From positions 50,716,001 to 50,780,000 of the forward strand of contig OZ024749.1 in the NCBI GenBank assembly GCA_964016885.1: a stretch of 64,000 bases of DNA, written 5' to 3'. This stretch comes from Eledone cirrhosa. Taxonomy: Eukaryota. Of the stretch, positions 26,163 to 40,200 are shown piece after piece; the first letter of the stretch is position 1, and every line of letters starts with the position of its first letter. A program made the position numbers and the translations under genes. The notes beneath the pieces were generated by a model. The model saw only the letters and a program-made list of their open reading frames with translations. It did not search any database and was not told where the DNA came from.

Positions 26163-26375
26163 GGTCATTTAAATTCATTAAATAAATGAGTAAATATATT
26201 CATTCAAGATTTCAAATATTATGTTGAAATATCCTAGCAACAGCCCTCGATTGCTCCTGATGATGTTAATCGAATATTTTAAGTTTTTATACACAATCTT
26301 CCCTTCATCTACATCCATATATATACACATCTCTTTCAGTTGTTGAACATAACTATTTTATCAATATACCAATGG

Positions 26376-26600
26376 AGGGCAGTGGATTTGCAGTATCGGT
26401 AGAGAGTCGGACGCCATGCTTTCCAGCATGGAGTTAAGGTCCTTTATGATCTGAGTTTAAATCCCGCCGAGGTTAACTCTGCCCTTCATCCTTGCGGAGT
26501 CGATAAAATAAAGTACCAGTCACGCACTGGGGTCGATTTAATCGACTTTCCCCTCCCCAAAAATTACGTGCTTTGTGCCTATATAAGAAACCAAGAAACC
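26376..26600 (+). mobile_element. SINE family 1 copy
   Basis: Full head, body with gtcgatttaatcgac palindrome, and tail. Confidence 0.85.
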
Positions 26601-27109
26601 AATTAATATAGCACTGGGGAAATGGTTAGTTTGAAAAATCTCGGGGACTGAGCCCACTCTCAGTAGCTAGGCAACAAAACTTACTTCGCATTTGGAACAT
26701 CTACTGCTACACGATTCATTTCACACCAATTGTTTCTTCTACAAATTTTGTCATATGTCTATGCCAAAATAAATTCATTTGTGGTTATTTTCGTAAAGGA
26801 AATATTGCACCAAATATCTGTTGAAACAATTCAATGAACCGATTTCTCTTCATTGTTTATATTCCATTCTATTAACGTTATCGTTATTTATACATCCAAT
26901 TGTTTCTTAAACCCAGTTTTTTTCTCTATTCGATGAAAATATTTTCAATAGGATTGTAATGTTAATATTGAAATGGTAAGAGAAGAACGCTAAACTAAAT
27001 GTAATGCAGCATTTTGTTTCGCTGCATTATATTTACAATTCTAATAACATGAGGGTAGGTTTGTTTTTCATCACTCCAGCATCTATAACGCAAATACGAT
27101 GTTTCAAAT

Positions 27110-27200
27110 AATTTTTTTCTTATATCTAATTTTTTTCTTATATCTAATTTTTTTCTTATATCTAATTTTTTTCTTATATCTAATTTTTTTCTTATATCTT
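27110..27200. repeat. 18-bp minisatellite (atttttttcttatatcta) x~5
   Basis: Direct reading of the sequence. Confidence 0.85.
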
Positions 27201-28535
27201 ATTTTTATATATGTCCTTTTATTTATTATTTTATTTTATTTATCATATTATTTTATTTTGATATATTTTATTTTATTTTTTATTTTTATATTTATATATA
27301 TTTCTTTTTATTTATTATTTTATTTATTTTTATATATTTATTTTATTTATTATTTCGTTTTATTTATTATTTTATTTATTATATTTTATTTTCATATATT
27401 ATATTTTATTTATTATTTTCATTTTATGCCGCATCTTCCATTGTATACGGCTATGTGCATTTATTGCATCCGACATCTCACCCGTGAAAGAAAAATGGGG
27501 ACCTTTATTCATGGAGCTGTAACAACTTATGGCGAAAAGGCATTTGAGGTATTCTCGCGAGGGATGTTATAACGACTGTCACGTTATAGAATTTGAACCT
27601 TTAACCCTGTGATCAGTATTTGGCTAGCTACACATTAGAGCTATTGTATATGTTGTATTAATTCATAAACCGCGATTCTATTATGGTTTTATTATAAAAT
27701 ATAAAGAAAGACACCCGCATTCATGGAGAGAATAATTGCAACGCAAAACGGCATACATAATTAAAACTGAATATATCTTCCGGATAATTAATATGCATAC
27801 GTATGTGTATATGTGTGTATGTGCAAGTGGATGTTGTTGGTAAACATTTATCAGTGTGTGTTGTGTGTACGGCTTTGTTTTATCATTCGATCTCGTGGGG
27901 GATATTTTCAGAGCGGTAATTATACATATACATACATATATATGCATATAAGTATATATATATATATATATATATATGCATATATATATATGAGTATATA
28001 TATATGATTATATATATATATATATATATATATAACAAATTTCATAATACTTGTTCTTGTTTTCTATTTATTATCATATCATCATTATGATTGATATAAT
28101 TTTTACTTTGTTATCATCATCATCATCATCATCACCATCATCACCATCATCATCATCATCATCATCATCGTCTTCATCATCATCATCATTACTATTATTG
28201 GCTTGTAGTTATTTTCTCCTTGTATCATGCAATATTTTTGGTTTAGATTAAAAATCAACATCACCCACAACAACAACAACAACAACAATATATATGAGAA
28301 GGATAACATCATCATCAACAACAAGACAAAACAATGGTTTACTGGCAACCAAAAACTGGAAATCAACAACAACTCCGATATCGGAAACGACCATCAGTAA
28401 TAACAAGATACCCAGCAAAAGACAGACAGATATTAATATATACTGTATATATGTGAGTGTCTGTATATGTGTGTATGTTTGTGTGTGTATATATGCGTGT
28501 GGGTGTATGTGTGAGTAAATCATATATATATATAT

Positions 28536-28596
<61 letters not shown>

Positions 28597-28642
28597 GGAA
28601 TACTGTTGGCTTTTTGCTACAATGTTTTCTATACCTTTCATT

Positions 28643-28777
<135 letters not shown>

Positions 28778-29021
28778 TTATTTGTGTGTGTATGTGTATA
28801 TTTATATTTATATATGAATGTACATATATATATTTATATTTTACTTATACGTATGTGCATGTTTGCCAGTCTATGTGTGAGTGGGCATAAAATTATCTAA
28901 ACGTGGATGTAAACAACCCTTCAACTGGGGATATATCCGGCAGAGACCCAGGGGTCAAATTCCGCGACTTGGCCAGACGATTGGCACATCCATTCATATT
29001 ATCTATCAGACCTGGCATTGG

Positions 29022-29263
29022 CTGTTCCACTGGATGAAGGTATGATAGAGTTAATTTCAGATAAAGCCCTATATATCTGCTAGCAGATAATGATTTCTGA
29101 TTTAGACACAAGACCACCAATTTTGAAGCGGAGAAACTCGGCTAAACTCGTTTAACCGAGTTTCTTGTTGGTCTTGTGTCTAAATCAGAAATCATTATCT
29201 GCTACCAGATATATAGGACTTTATCTGAAATTAACTCTATCATACCTTCATCCAGTGGGACAG
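29022..29263. repeat. Fold-back inverted duplication, ~99-bp arms (29022-29120 / 29165-29263)
   Basis: Arms include a SINE-1-like tail plus flanking sequence; the spacer holds a small hairpin gaaactcggctaaac/gtttaaccgagtttc. Confidence 0.85.
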
Positions 29264-29311
29264 TGTGTGTTTGTGTGTGTGTGTCTGTATATACATATAT
29301 ATATATATATA

Positions 29312-29370
<59 letters not shown>

Positions 29371-29373
<3 letters not shown>

Positions 29374-29570
29374 AAAAAAGTCAGGACCCCGACGGCTGAG
29401 CTCCGGCCGTTTCGACAGCTATATCTGCGTCCAGATCTGACTGTCTAAACGGCCAGAGCTCAGCCGTCCGGGTGCTGACTCTTTTCCAATTACCCACTCT
29501 ACTACCATAAGTATCGAGTACTCTGGTGCGTTATGGTCCACCTGGTATCTTACCACTCTTTCTTTGTTTT
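29371..29570 (-). mobile_element. Family A element (diverged)
   Basis: Antisense head at 29490-29570 plus hairpin at 29371-29488, flanked by (TA)n. Confidence 0.8.
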
Positions 29571-29576
29571 ATATAG

Positions 29577-29624
<48 letters not shown>

Positions 29625-29679
29625 GGATTGATAGAGAGAGAGATAGATAGTCTGATAGATAGATAGATAGATAGATAGC

Positions 29680-29792
29680 AAACGTGAAATTAAGTGTTTT
29701 GCTCAAGAACACAAAAGACATCATAGCCCAAGAATCGAACCCTCGACATTATGACCGTAAGTCTAACACCTTCACCAATAAACCAAGCGCCT
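29680..29792 (-). mobile_element. SINE family 2 5' fragment
   Basis: aacgtgaaattaagtgttttgctcaagaacaca...aatcgaacc. Confidence 0.65.
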
Positions 29793-30404
29793 CAAAATAA
29801 CAAAAAAAATGTTTAAACCACCAACATAACAACAAAAGCAACAAACTAGATGGAACCCAATACAAACGATAACTCTCTCTATATCAATAAACATCAATCT
29901 CTCCCCCTCTCTATATCTACTGTACAACACATTCTTCCAACTCCTTCACTACATCAATTACTACCAAACTATCCCCCTTTCTATATCTACCATACAACAC
30001 TCTCTATATATCAATTAACCCCAAACTTTTCCTCTTTATATATCTACTACACAGTATTCTCTTCCATTCCCCCCTCTATATATCAATTAGCACCAAACTC
30101 CCCCCTCTAGATATGTACTACACGGAACTCTCTTCAAATTCCTCTCTCTATATCAATACACATCAGTTTCTCCCCCTTCTCTATATCTAATACACAACAC
30201 ACTCTCCCAACCTTCCTCTCTATATCAATTACCAGCAAACTCTCGCCCTCTCTATATCTATATCTATCTCTCCCATCTCTCTCTCTCTATAATATGTACA
30301 TAAATTGTAGCGCATATACAATTAGACGTGTGTTTTGGTAGTTTGGGGAGAAAAATATAATTATTGGGGAGACCATGGCCTTACCCCCCCCCCCCCAGTT
30401 CCAC

Positions 30405-30448
<44 letters not shown>

Positions 30449-30558
30449 TAGGAATTCCCGAGAACTCATAAACTCGCTACCTAACGAAACCTCTTGGTGA
30501 GTCAAACAAAGCCGTACGCTAAAACTATCCACTATACATATATATATATAAATACATA

Positions 30559-30606
<48 letters not shown>

Positions 30607-30609
30607 CAT

Positions 30610-30718
<109 letters not shown>

Positions 30719-30733
30719 CATATACATACATAT

Positions 30734-30872
<139 letters not shown>

Positions 30873-30925
30873 AATATAAATACATATACACATATATATA
30901 TATATATATATAAATATAAATACAT

Positions 30926-30998
<73 letters not shown>

Positions 30999-31011
30999 AA
31001 TATAAATACAT

Positions 31012-31113
<102 letters not shown>

Positions 31114-31130
31114 TCGTAGTTGACTATTGT

Positions 31131-31450
31131 ATGCACCCTGCGCTGGAGAACTCCGAGCTGTATGGGAGCCTCCCAAAAGTCACCTCAAAAGTGACACAGA
31201 GGAGACTGAGGTTGGCTGAACATGCTCACCGACATCCAGAGTTGACACTGCACTCAGTGCTCCTGTCGAAGCCCCTGCATGGACACACTGGAAGAGGAAG
31301 ACCGAAGTTAACATATGTTGATGCCCTAAGGACAGACACTGGTCTGTTGGAGACACAGGACATGGCAGCGATAATGAGGGACAGAGACCGCTGGAGAGAA
31401 CTCGTGCATGGATCTAGGGAATTGTACTCGCCCTAGATAGATAGATAGAT
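31131..31450 (+). mobile_element. 3' end of an RTE-clade LINE (5'-truncated) with (TAGA)n tail
   Basis: ORF ...[28 protein letters not shown]...[18 protein letters not shown]...[11 protein letters not shown] has the typical RTE ORF C-terminus (RRLR.AGH, RGRP, DR..WR); second copy at 46570-46841. Confidence 0.85.
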
Positions 31451-32139
31451 ATATATAGTATATGATTCTAATTACTTTTTCCTTGGTTTATTGTGCACTT
31501 GTTTAATTTTTCATCGTATTAATTTTGTTTGTTTTATTTGTTGATACATTTACTGTTGTTGTTCTTGTTGTTGCTGTGGTTGTTGTTGTTCTTGTTGTTT
31601 TCTGAGGTAAATTATATTTGACAGTATACAGTTAGACATATGATGGAATGATAACCTATCCTCATTACGTATATTTATCATGTTCTTCCTGAAGGGTTGT
31701 GGAGATGTACTGGGGGGGATAGGATTGGGGGCAGGAAGGAGCGAGAGAGGGAGCAAAGGAAGGAGGGGGAGGGGGAGATGTGATGAGCGGGGAAAAGAGA
31801 GGAATGGATGGAAGGAGCAGGGCAGGGCGGGAGAGAAAGAGGAAGAGAAAAAGAAAAAGAAGATGTGAGGGAGTGAGAGGAATGGAGGAAGGGTTAGCTG
31901 GAGGGAGGGAAGAGGAGAAAAAGAAAAAGAAAAGGAAGAGGTGAGGAAGAGGGGGACGGGGTTGCAGAGATAATAAATAAATAGTACGTGTATGTGTATA
32001 GATGTGTGTGGGTGTGTGTGTGTATGTAAACGAGTAAGATTGAACGATAGAGAGAGAAGACTGTGGGAATGAGATAGGGAGAGAGAGACAGAGAGACAGA
32101 GAGAAAGAGAGAGAGAGTGTGTGTGTTGCGGGGGGTGGG

Positions 32140-32810
32140 AGTTAGTGAAAAATAGAGACGGGAGATAGAGAGTGTGTGTGAGAAAAGAAAGAGATGAAGG
32201 AGAGAGTGAGTGAAAGTGAGAGAGAGGGAGACACAGATACAGAGAGGGGGAGTGGGAAATAACGACGAGAGATAGAGAGTGTGTGAGAGAAAGAGATGAA
32301 GGAGAGAGTGAGTGAGTGTGAGACAGAGAGGGGGGGTGGGAAATAACGACGAGAGATAGAGTGTGTGTGAGAGAAAGACATGAAGGAGAGAGTGAGTGAG
32401 AGTGAGACAGAGAGATGGGGGAGTGGGAAATAACGACGAGAGATAGAGAGTGTGTGAGAGAAAGAGATGAAGGAGAGAGTGAGTGAGAGTGAGACAGAGA
32501 GATGGGGAGTGGGAAATAACGACGAGAGATGGAGTGTGTGTGAGAGAAAGAGATGAAGGAGAGAGTGAGTGAGAGTGAGACAGAGAGATGGGGGAGTGGG
32601 AAATAACGACGAAAGATAGAGAGTGTGTGAGAGAAAGAGATGAAGGAGAGAGTGAGTGAGAGTGAGACAGAGAGATGGGGGAGTGGGAAATAACGACGAG
32701 AGATAGAGAGTGTGTGAGAGAAAGAGATGAAGGAGAGAGTGAGTGAGAGTGAGACAGAGATACAGACAGGGTTAGTGGGAAATAACGACGAGAGATAGAG
32801 TGTGTGTGTG
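32140..32810. repeat. ~87-bp purine-rich minisatellite, ~7-8 units
   Basis: gtgggaaataacgacgagagatagagagtgtgtgagagaaagagatgaaggagagagtgagtgagagtgagacagagagatgggg repeated; explains the 491-aa minus ORF. Confidence 0.9.
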
Positions 32811-33128
32811 TGTGTGTGAGAGAAGAGATATATCTGTGTGTATGTGTGTGTTTTGTTGGTGGAAATGGTCTGAATTAATGTGTAAATTAATGTGTAGATA
32901 GAATTAATGTGTAAATTAATGTGTAAATTAATGTGTAAAGGTTTGCGAAAAGTGAACGAGTTTGAAGTGAGAGAAGTGAACGAAGATGAAAGTTTACACG
33001 AGATACATGAAATGGAGAGTGACAAAGACGTGTGTGATTGAATGATATACAGGTAGAGTGAGAGAGGGGGGGGAGAAAGAGAGGGGGAAAGAAAGATAGA
33101 GAGATAGGTAGAGTGAGAGATAGAGGTG

Positions 33129-33202
<74 letters not shown>

Positions 33203-33279
33203 AAGAGAGAGAAAGAGAGAGAAATAGATAGAGAGATATAGAGAGATGTAGAGAGATGCATAAACAGATAATTAGATAA

Positions 33280-33319
<40 letters not shown>

Positions 33320-33376
33320 GTGTTTATGATTGCAAATAGCTGTCTGAATGTAAAAGAAAGAATATGTGCGTGAATG

Positions 33377-33460
<84 letters not shown>

Positions 33461-33783
33461 TGTAAATTTGTAAGAGAACTGTGAAGATTTATAGACACAG
33501 AGAATACTATAAAGAAGGTAAAGATTTAAAATAGTAATGAGGTAAATGCTGAGAAATAGAGCAAGAGGTATGATAAAGTGTAAGGGTGTAAGGGAGAGAG
33601 ATAGGGGGAGAGAAGGAGAGGGGGAAAGAGTCAGTTTGAGAAAGTCAGATAAATATAGGCCTTAAGAAATAGGGTGAAATGATGAGGGAGAGAAGGAAAT
33701 GAAATATATATGTGAGAACTATCGCTTCGAATAAAACACGTACATTGCACACCCCACAGCTACGCTATATACAAGCATACACG

Positions 33784-33834
<51 letters not shown>

Positions 33835-34266
33835 AGAGAGAGAGGGGGGGTGTAAAAGGCGAACAGAAATAACAAAGCTAACAACACAAGTCATTAGCTT
33901 ACACTTGAAATAATAGCAAAAGTATCTTAATATTTCGGACACTTCTCCCTCATCAATATGTAGAATGAGAAATAGAAAGGTAGAAGTGAGAATAGGAAGG
34001 AATGGAATAAAAATGAGAAAAGACACACGTTCGTACTCAGTCAAATATATATATAGGAGGAGGTTATAGTTCACTTGAAGCATTGTGTAATGAGGTATAA
34101 ACGTTTGTATATGTATAATAAAGCCAAAACAATGCAGGTATGGACATAGAATAAAGAATGCAAATGCAAAAGATATTGTTGACAATTAGTCTTTTACCTT
34201 AGATTTATTTAGATGTCCTTAATTTTTGAGATAATATTTCTTCTCTCGGAGGGAAGTAAAGCGGTT

Positions 34267-34325
34267 AAACCAGTGTTCTAAATAGCTTGCCAAGTGACTT
34301 GGCAAGCTATTTAGAACACTGGTTT
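34267..34325. repeat. Perfect 29-bp-arm palindrome adjoining a family E terminus
   Basis: aaaccagtgttctaaatagcttgccaagt-g-acttggcaagctatttagaacactggttt, followed by gagagcgattctcgataatttatattt(TA)n. Confidence 0.9.
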
Positions 34326-34357
34326 GAGAGCGATTCTCGATAATTTATATTTGTATT

Positions 34358-34418
<61 letters not shown>

Positions 34419-34743
34419 ATATACATATGTGAATATATATATATATATATTATATATATATATACAGTAAAGAAAAAATAAGGAGAGAGTTGGTAACACG
34501 TGTAGATGTAGTTAAGATACAGCGGCTGTAAAATGGCAAGAAGGTATATATATACATATGTGTGGGGGAAGGTCTATCTATATATTTGATTATATTGAAA
34601 AATACACATATATATATTCATATAAATATATACAGAGGGTGAGAGGAGATATATAAATACACATACATATGATACACACACACATATATGTTTATATATA
34701 ATGTTTATATATATGTTTATATATATATATATGTTCATATATA

Positions 34744-34793
<50 letters not shown>

Positions 34794-34842
34794 TTCTTAT
34801 GAATGAAACAGTTCTAGTCCTGTAGAATCTCATCTATATTAA

Positions 34843-34884
<42 letters not shown>

Positions 34885-34963
34885 ATATATATATATAAAC
34901 ATATATATAAACATATATATAAACATATATATATACATACATATATATGTATATATATATGTT

Positions 34964-35043
<80 letters not shown>

Positions 35044-35537
35044 TACATATATATACATACATATATACATATAAACAGATCGAAGCATAGCAAATAAAAG
35101 TGGAAACGTTTACGCAGGGAGTTTTCGTACACATATAACGTTATAACGTTACAACGTTACAACGTTATATAGTATAAGAATATAAAAAGAATTTCACAAC
35201 AGCCATTATTTACGAGAGGTGACCGAAGATAATAGACTGTTTCAAATATTGTTGATAACTACAATGTGGGGTAAATTATTTTCTCGGGCTATTCATTGTT
35301 TTCTGTATGTTTCTTCTTGAGTTAATTTTTTGTATTCGACATTTTTTATAGAATTTTGTTTCGAGTTTCAAGGGATATTTTTTGTTTCTTGTTGTTTATG
35401 CTTTTAGCACGTTAAATTGCTTTCTTATTCAAACGTTAATAAGTGTTACAAGAGAGAATATTTGTGTGTATATATATATATGTATATATACATATGTGTA
35501 TATATATATATATATAAGTATGTATATATATATATGT

Positions 35538-35633
<96 letters not shown>

Positions 35634-35787
35634 ATGTATGTATGTATGTATGTGTATGTATGTATATATATATTATATATATATATGTGTGTGTGTGTAT
35701 ACATATATATATAGACATACACATATAATTGTTCAGCTCACAGATGCGATGGCACACGCGTGTGTGTGTATATATATATATATATTG

Positions 35788-35838
<51 letters not shown>

Positions 35839-36148
35839 GTATATATGTATATATGTATATATATACATATATATAGGCATGTGTGTAAGAGAGAGAGAGA
35901 GAGAGGGTGGAGTCTGTGTGTGTGTGAGAGAGAGAGTGTGTGTTTGTGTGTGTGTATGAGTACATATAATACATATACCGTACTAATGAGTGCAGTAAGA
36001 TGAAAAATGGGGAAAAACTGAAAACTGAATTAGCTGAAAGGTATTAAGTTAATGAGAGTGGCAGCTGATATACAGGCGTGCTATCTACAGACTACACCAT
36101 ATTCTCACATATGTATGTATGTTTCTCTGTGTATATTTGTATATATGC

Positions 36149-36191
<43 letters not shown>

Positions 36192-36301
36192 TAACAGATT
36201 AAAGTTTAAGCAAAGAATCGCTGCTTTCACCCTTAGCGAGATCTTCTGAAACTTATCGAGCCCTCTTTGGATTTTAGTCTTCAAATGTATTATATATATG
36301 C

Positions 36302-36399
<98 letters not shown>

Positions 36400-36516
36400 G
36401 AGTATATGTTGGTTGTATACCAATACCATGTTCTAACAACTGACCAATGAGAGGAGAAGAGACCCTTTGACACTGAAATTCGTTTGTTTGAATTCATATG
36501 ATTCCAGTTCCTCAGT

Positions 36517-36712
36517 GAAATAACAACCCAACTGGACATATCAGAGTATTGACAAAGTTATACACCTCAACAACATATGTACTTGTCTATACCACACTAA
36601 TTCGGACTACCTGAAGAGGTCACAGCCAAAGATGGCTGTCACCGATATATATATAGCAGTAATTAACGAAGCTAAATTTTAAACATTTGACTTACTTATT
36701 TTATTTTGTTTT
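36517..36712 (+). mobile_element. Family C element with hammerhead-like motif (36606-36660)
   Basis: actac-CTGAAGA-ggtcacagcca-aaga-tggctgtcacc-GATA-tatatata-gcagt; homologous to 8521-8712. Confidence 0.65.
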
Positions 36713-36721
36713 ATATATATA

Positions 36722-36760
<39 letters not shown>

Positions 36761-36781
36761 GCTTATATACCTGCATATATA

Positions 36782-37489
36782 CAGCAACTAAAGTGTTCTG
36801 GCACAACCCTGGTGATGATGATGTATAAGGGAGGTAAGAACGACGACAGTGGGAGAAAAAAGAAGACGAGACAGATGAGATTGGTGGGGAGGGGGTTCTG
36901 GCTATGATAAAATAGATTATTTATTTGGTTGTTGTTAAGCCACAGATCAACAATGGGGAGCCGGACTTACTTACTCTTATTCTAACCCTTACCCTCATTC
37001 TAACCCTTATTCTAACTCTATCCCTTATTCTAACCTTAGATCAACAGTGGGGAGCGGCACTTGAACATTTTCCTATTACCCACTCTACTACCCTAAGTAT
37101 TGAGTACTCTGGTGCGTTCTGGTCCATCTGGTTCCTTCCCACACTTCCTTCGTTATATATATATATATATATAACGAGGGTAGTAGAGTGGGTAATAGGA
37201 AAATGTTCAAGTGCCGCTCCCCACTGTTGATCTAAGGTTAGAATAAGGGATAGAGTTAGAATAAGGGTTAGAATGAGGGTAAGGGTTAGAATAAGAGTAA
37301 GTAAGTCCCGCTCCCCATTGTTGATCTGTGGCTTAACAACAACCAAATAAATAATCTATTTTATCATAGCCAGAACCCCCTCCCCACCAATCTCATCTGT
37401 CTCGTCTTCTTTTTTCTCCCACTGTCGTCGTTCTTACCTCCCTTATACATCATCGTCACCAGGGTTGTGCCAGAACACTTTAGTTGCTG
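36782..37489. repeat. 708-bp palindrome: 313-bp near-identical arms centred on a family A head
   Basis: Arms at 36782-37094 and 37177-37489 (only ~2 mismatches seen by eye); the spacer is the rest of an antisense family A head plus (TA)n. Confidence 0.92.
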
Positions 37490-37709
37490 ATCTAAAGTCA
37501 AATTATAGCTTCTAAAGTCCTTCCATATCTTAACTTCAGATGGCTTTACTGTTTCTGCTGTGACTTTTCACACCTGCTTGTACCACACGTGTTACACCGG
37601 ACGACCGAGATGGTCAACTGGTGGTGTTACACCGGACGACCGAGATGGTCAGGTGGTGCTGTTACAGCGGAAGACCGAGATACTTCTCAACAATGCTTGG
37701 ACAGCCATC

Positions 37710-38005
37710 GTCTCTAAAGACGAGGGATCAAATTGTTGGAACAACGGAATTGCCTACTCGTGAAATTAAGAGGCTGAGCATTTCATAGACGCACCATCAT
37801 CGTAGTTCTCAGGGAGATTCAGCGTGACACAGCGTGTGACAAGGTTGGCCCTTTTGAATTACAGGTAGAACTAGTATTTTTTCAGCTGAGTCGATTGGAT
37901 CAACGTGAAATAAAGTGCCTTGCTCAAGGACACAACACGCCACCTGCTCAAAGAATCGAACTTATAGCCTTACGGCCATGAGTCGAACACCCTGACCGCA
38001 AAGCT
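37710..38005 (-). mobile_element. SINE family 2 copy
   Basis: gttctcagggagattcagcgtgacacag..gtgcc.ttgctcaaggacacaacacgc; homologous to 16753-17066. Confidence 0.8.
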
Positions 38006-38162
38006 AGTATGCATAACCAAAGATTAATATGGTTCTTTGATTACTCAATGAATACAATTTTACAATAGATTAAAAGCACTCAACAAGACAGTTTTCCGGG
38101 AGTTTTTAATATTATTCAAAATATTAACAAATGAAGGATATTCACATAATCAAAATATATGC

Positions 38163-38222
38163 TTTATTATATATATTTCAAAGGTACTGTGTTGTTTTTT
38201 CAGTACGTCTTCATCAGATAAA
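38163..38222 (-). ncRNA. Type I hammerhead ribozyme
   Basis: Minus strand: tttat-CTGATGA-agacgtactg-aaaaaacaaca-cagtaccttt-GAAA-tatata-TA-ataaa; palindromic tatata helix III; similar layout to the 12402 ribozyme. Confidence 0.75.
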
Positions 38223-38278
38223 ATATATGATTTGATATATGACATACCGCTACGGTCTTGATTATACAATTCCTGTAC

Positions 38279-38327
38279 TGTCGAAACGGCCGGAGCTCAG
38301 CCGACAGGGCCCTGACTCTTTTCCCAT
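38279..38327 (-). mobile_element. Family A hairpin-arm fragment
   Basis: gtcgaaacggccggagctcagccgacagggccctgactcttttcccata. Confidence 0.65.
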
Positions 38328-38439
<112 letters not shown>

Positions 38440-38560
38440 GTTCATCCTGGGTTCAACACAGTAATCGGGTTAAACACAGTAAGTAAGGTACTCAATACAA
38501 AGCAAAGTATAAATAGAAAGGCTTCTACAGGACTCCGAATGAAACATTATATTTTCTACA

Positions 38561-38634
<74 letters not shown>

Positions 38635-38638
<4 letters not shown>

Positions 38639-38769
38639 AACAAGTAAGACCCCGACGGCTGAGCTCAGCCGTCGGGGTCTTACTTGTTCCTATTACCCAC
38701 TCTACTACCCTAAGTATTGAGTACTTTGGTGCGTTATGGTCCACCTGGTTCCTTACCACATTTCCTTCG

Positions 38770-38772
<3 letters not shown>
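38635..38772 (-). mobile_element. Family A element with a short hairpin pivoting on GAGCTC
   Basis: taggaacaagtaagaccccgacggctgagctcagccgtcggggtcttacttgttccta is a perfect palindrome, followed by the antisense head and (TA)n. Confidence 0.85.
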
Positions 38773-38837
<65 letters not shown>

Positions 38838-39925
38838 ATGTGTATGGGGGTAGTGACTATTGCAGTTTTAGTGTAGCAGCTCTAACAATCTAGCAAGTAC
38901 TCAGTATAGTATTTACCTTGTACCCATTTTATCAGCCCAGAAAATATATCATTCAAACGTGAACCCAGAACTTAAAATGATGCAATTTAATGTCTGAAAC
39001 TTCTTTATCCTCAGTGTTCCTCATTTCTGCTAATGTTTCGCTTTTTCTTACTACAAAATAATTGATACATGTTAGTTATTTCGTGCATATATGAAGAAAT
39101 TGAAGAAAAATGTCGTCTGCAATATACCAGTTCAGGAAATAGATAAGAGGCCAACATCGCCATCTTTTTTTTTTTTTTTTTTTTTTCATACAGCAGTCTC
39201 TCATCAGAATTGTTAAAAAAATAATCTCTAATTCCCAAAGTAGCCTCAAGTAGCATGGCGTTTGGGATATAATGTTTATTCTAATGTTCTCTTTACACGT
39301 GACAGCGTAGACAGTACAATGGACGATCGATGTTTTCTTGTGATGGCTGACATTTTGAATCTCTGTCTCTTAAAATTGTAAGCTGCATATTATGTTCAGA
39401 TCTGTTGAAGTTTATGATGATGTTGCTACTACTGCTACTGCTGTTGCTATTTAACTCCTACTACTGTGCACATTGTTTACTAGAGAGAGAGAGAGATGTA
39501 CACTTACGATACACTGAATCGACAACTTATGATTTGAGTCTTCGCTGTAGCTTTATTCATTCGACATTGAAGAATAGTCAGACAGATGTATGGGTACTTG
39601 GAAAGATTCCTACATACACGAGCCAATGATTTTGCCTTTATTTAGTATTTCGATCAAGAATAAATATCAACGGAATGCCTTTCAAATAACACATTGTCAT
39701 CGTATAATGGGAACTTTACATTGAATAATGTAGACCTAGGTACATTATATTTGAATAAAGAGGCAGGTTCGTCCTATGTGAAATGACGTTTACCATTGAT
39801 CATCCTGAACAAAACACACATACACATGAATGTATTTGAGCTTGTTCGTGATTATCTATGTATGTATACATACATAAATAGATACATACACATATATTGA
39901 TGTGTGTATTTGTATATATATATAA

Positions 39926-39960
<35 letters not shown>

Positions 39961-39966
<6 letters not shown>

Positions 39967-40200
39967 ATACTTGCGGAGGGTCATATTGTTGTAATAATAT
40001 TGCCAAAAATAATAACAGAACACACTCACTGTTTGGTTGGTTTTCGCTTCTGTATCTTTTATATCTCCATAGTTAATTTATTTGGCAATCAACGTTTATC
40101 ATTGATTGACCAACGGTTAAAAATACAGATATAAATAAATATATATATAGTCTAACAAAGTTCTTTCGTTGCACAACTGCAACCTCGTCAGTGGTACTAT
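39961..40200 (-). mobile_element. Family D-related element with hammerhead-like motif (40153-40197)
   Basis: Minus strand: tacca-CTGACGA-g-gttgca-gttg-tgcaac-GAAA-gaac-TT-tgtta; 3' end atgaccctccgcaagtataacaat(AT)n matches family D. Confidence 0.65.

Noticed and set aside
26250-26290. CTGATGA motif (also at ~39200 minus and ~21683 plus)
   Set aside because: No properly placed GAAA together with a pairing helix II.
31550-33025. 491-aa minus-strand ORF
   Set aside because: Produced by the 87-bp minisatellite and CT-rich sequence; no domain-like content.
33922-33965. Minus-strand TTGATGA-gggagaagtgtcc-GAAA candidate
   Set aside because: Core C is mutated and no convincing helix I or III is present.
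36975-37040. Interstitial telomere (CCCTAA-like) array
   Set aside because: Only degenerate ctaaccctta-type units and no run of perfect TTAGGG; treated as part of the palindrome arm.
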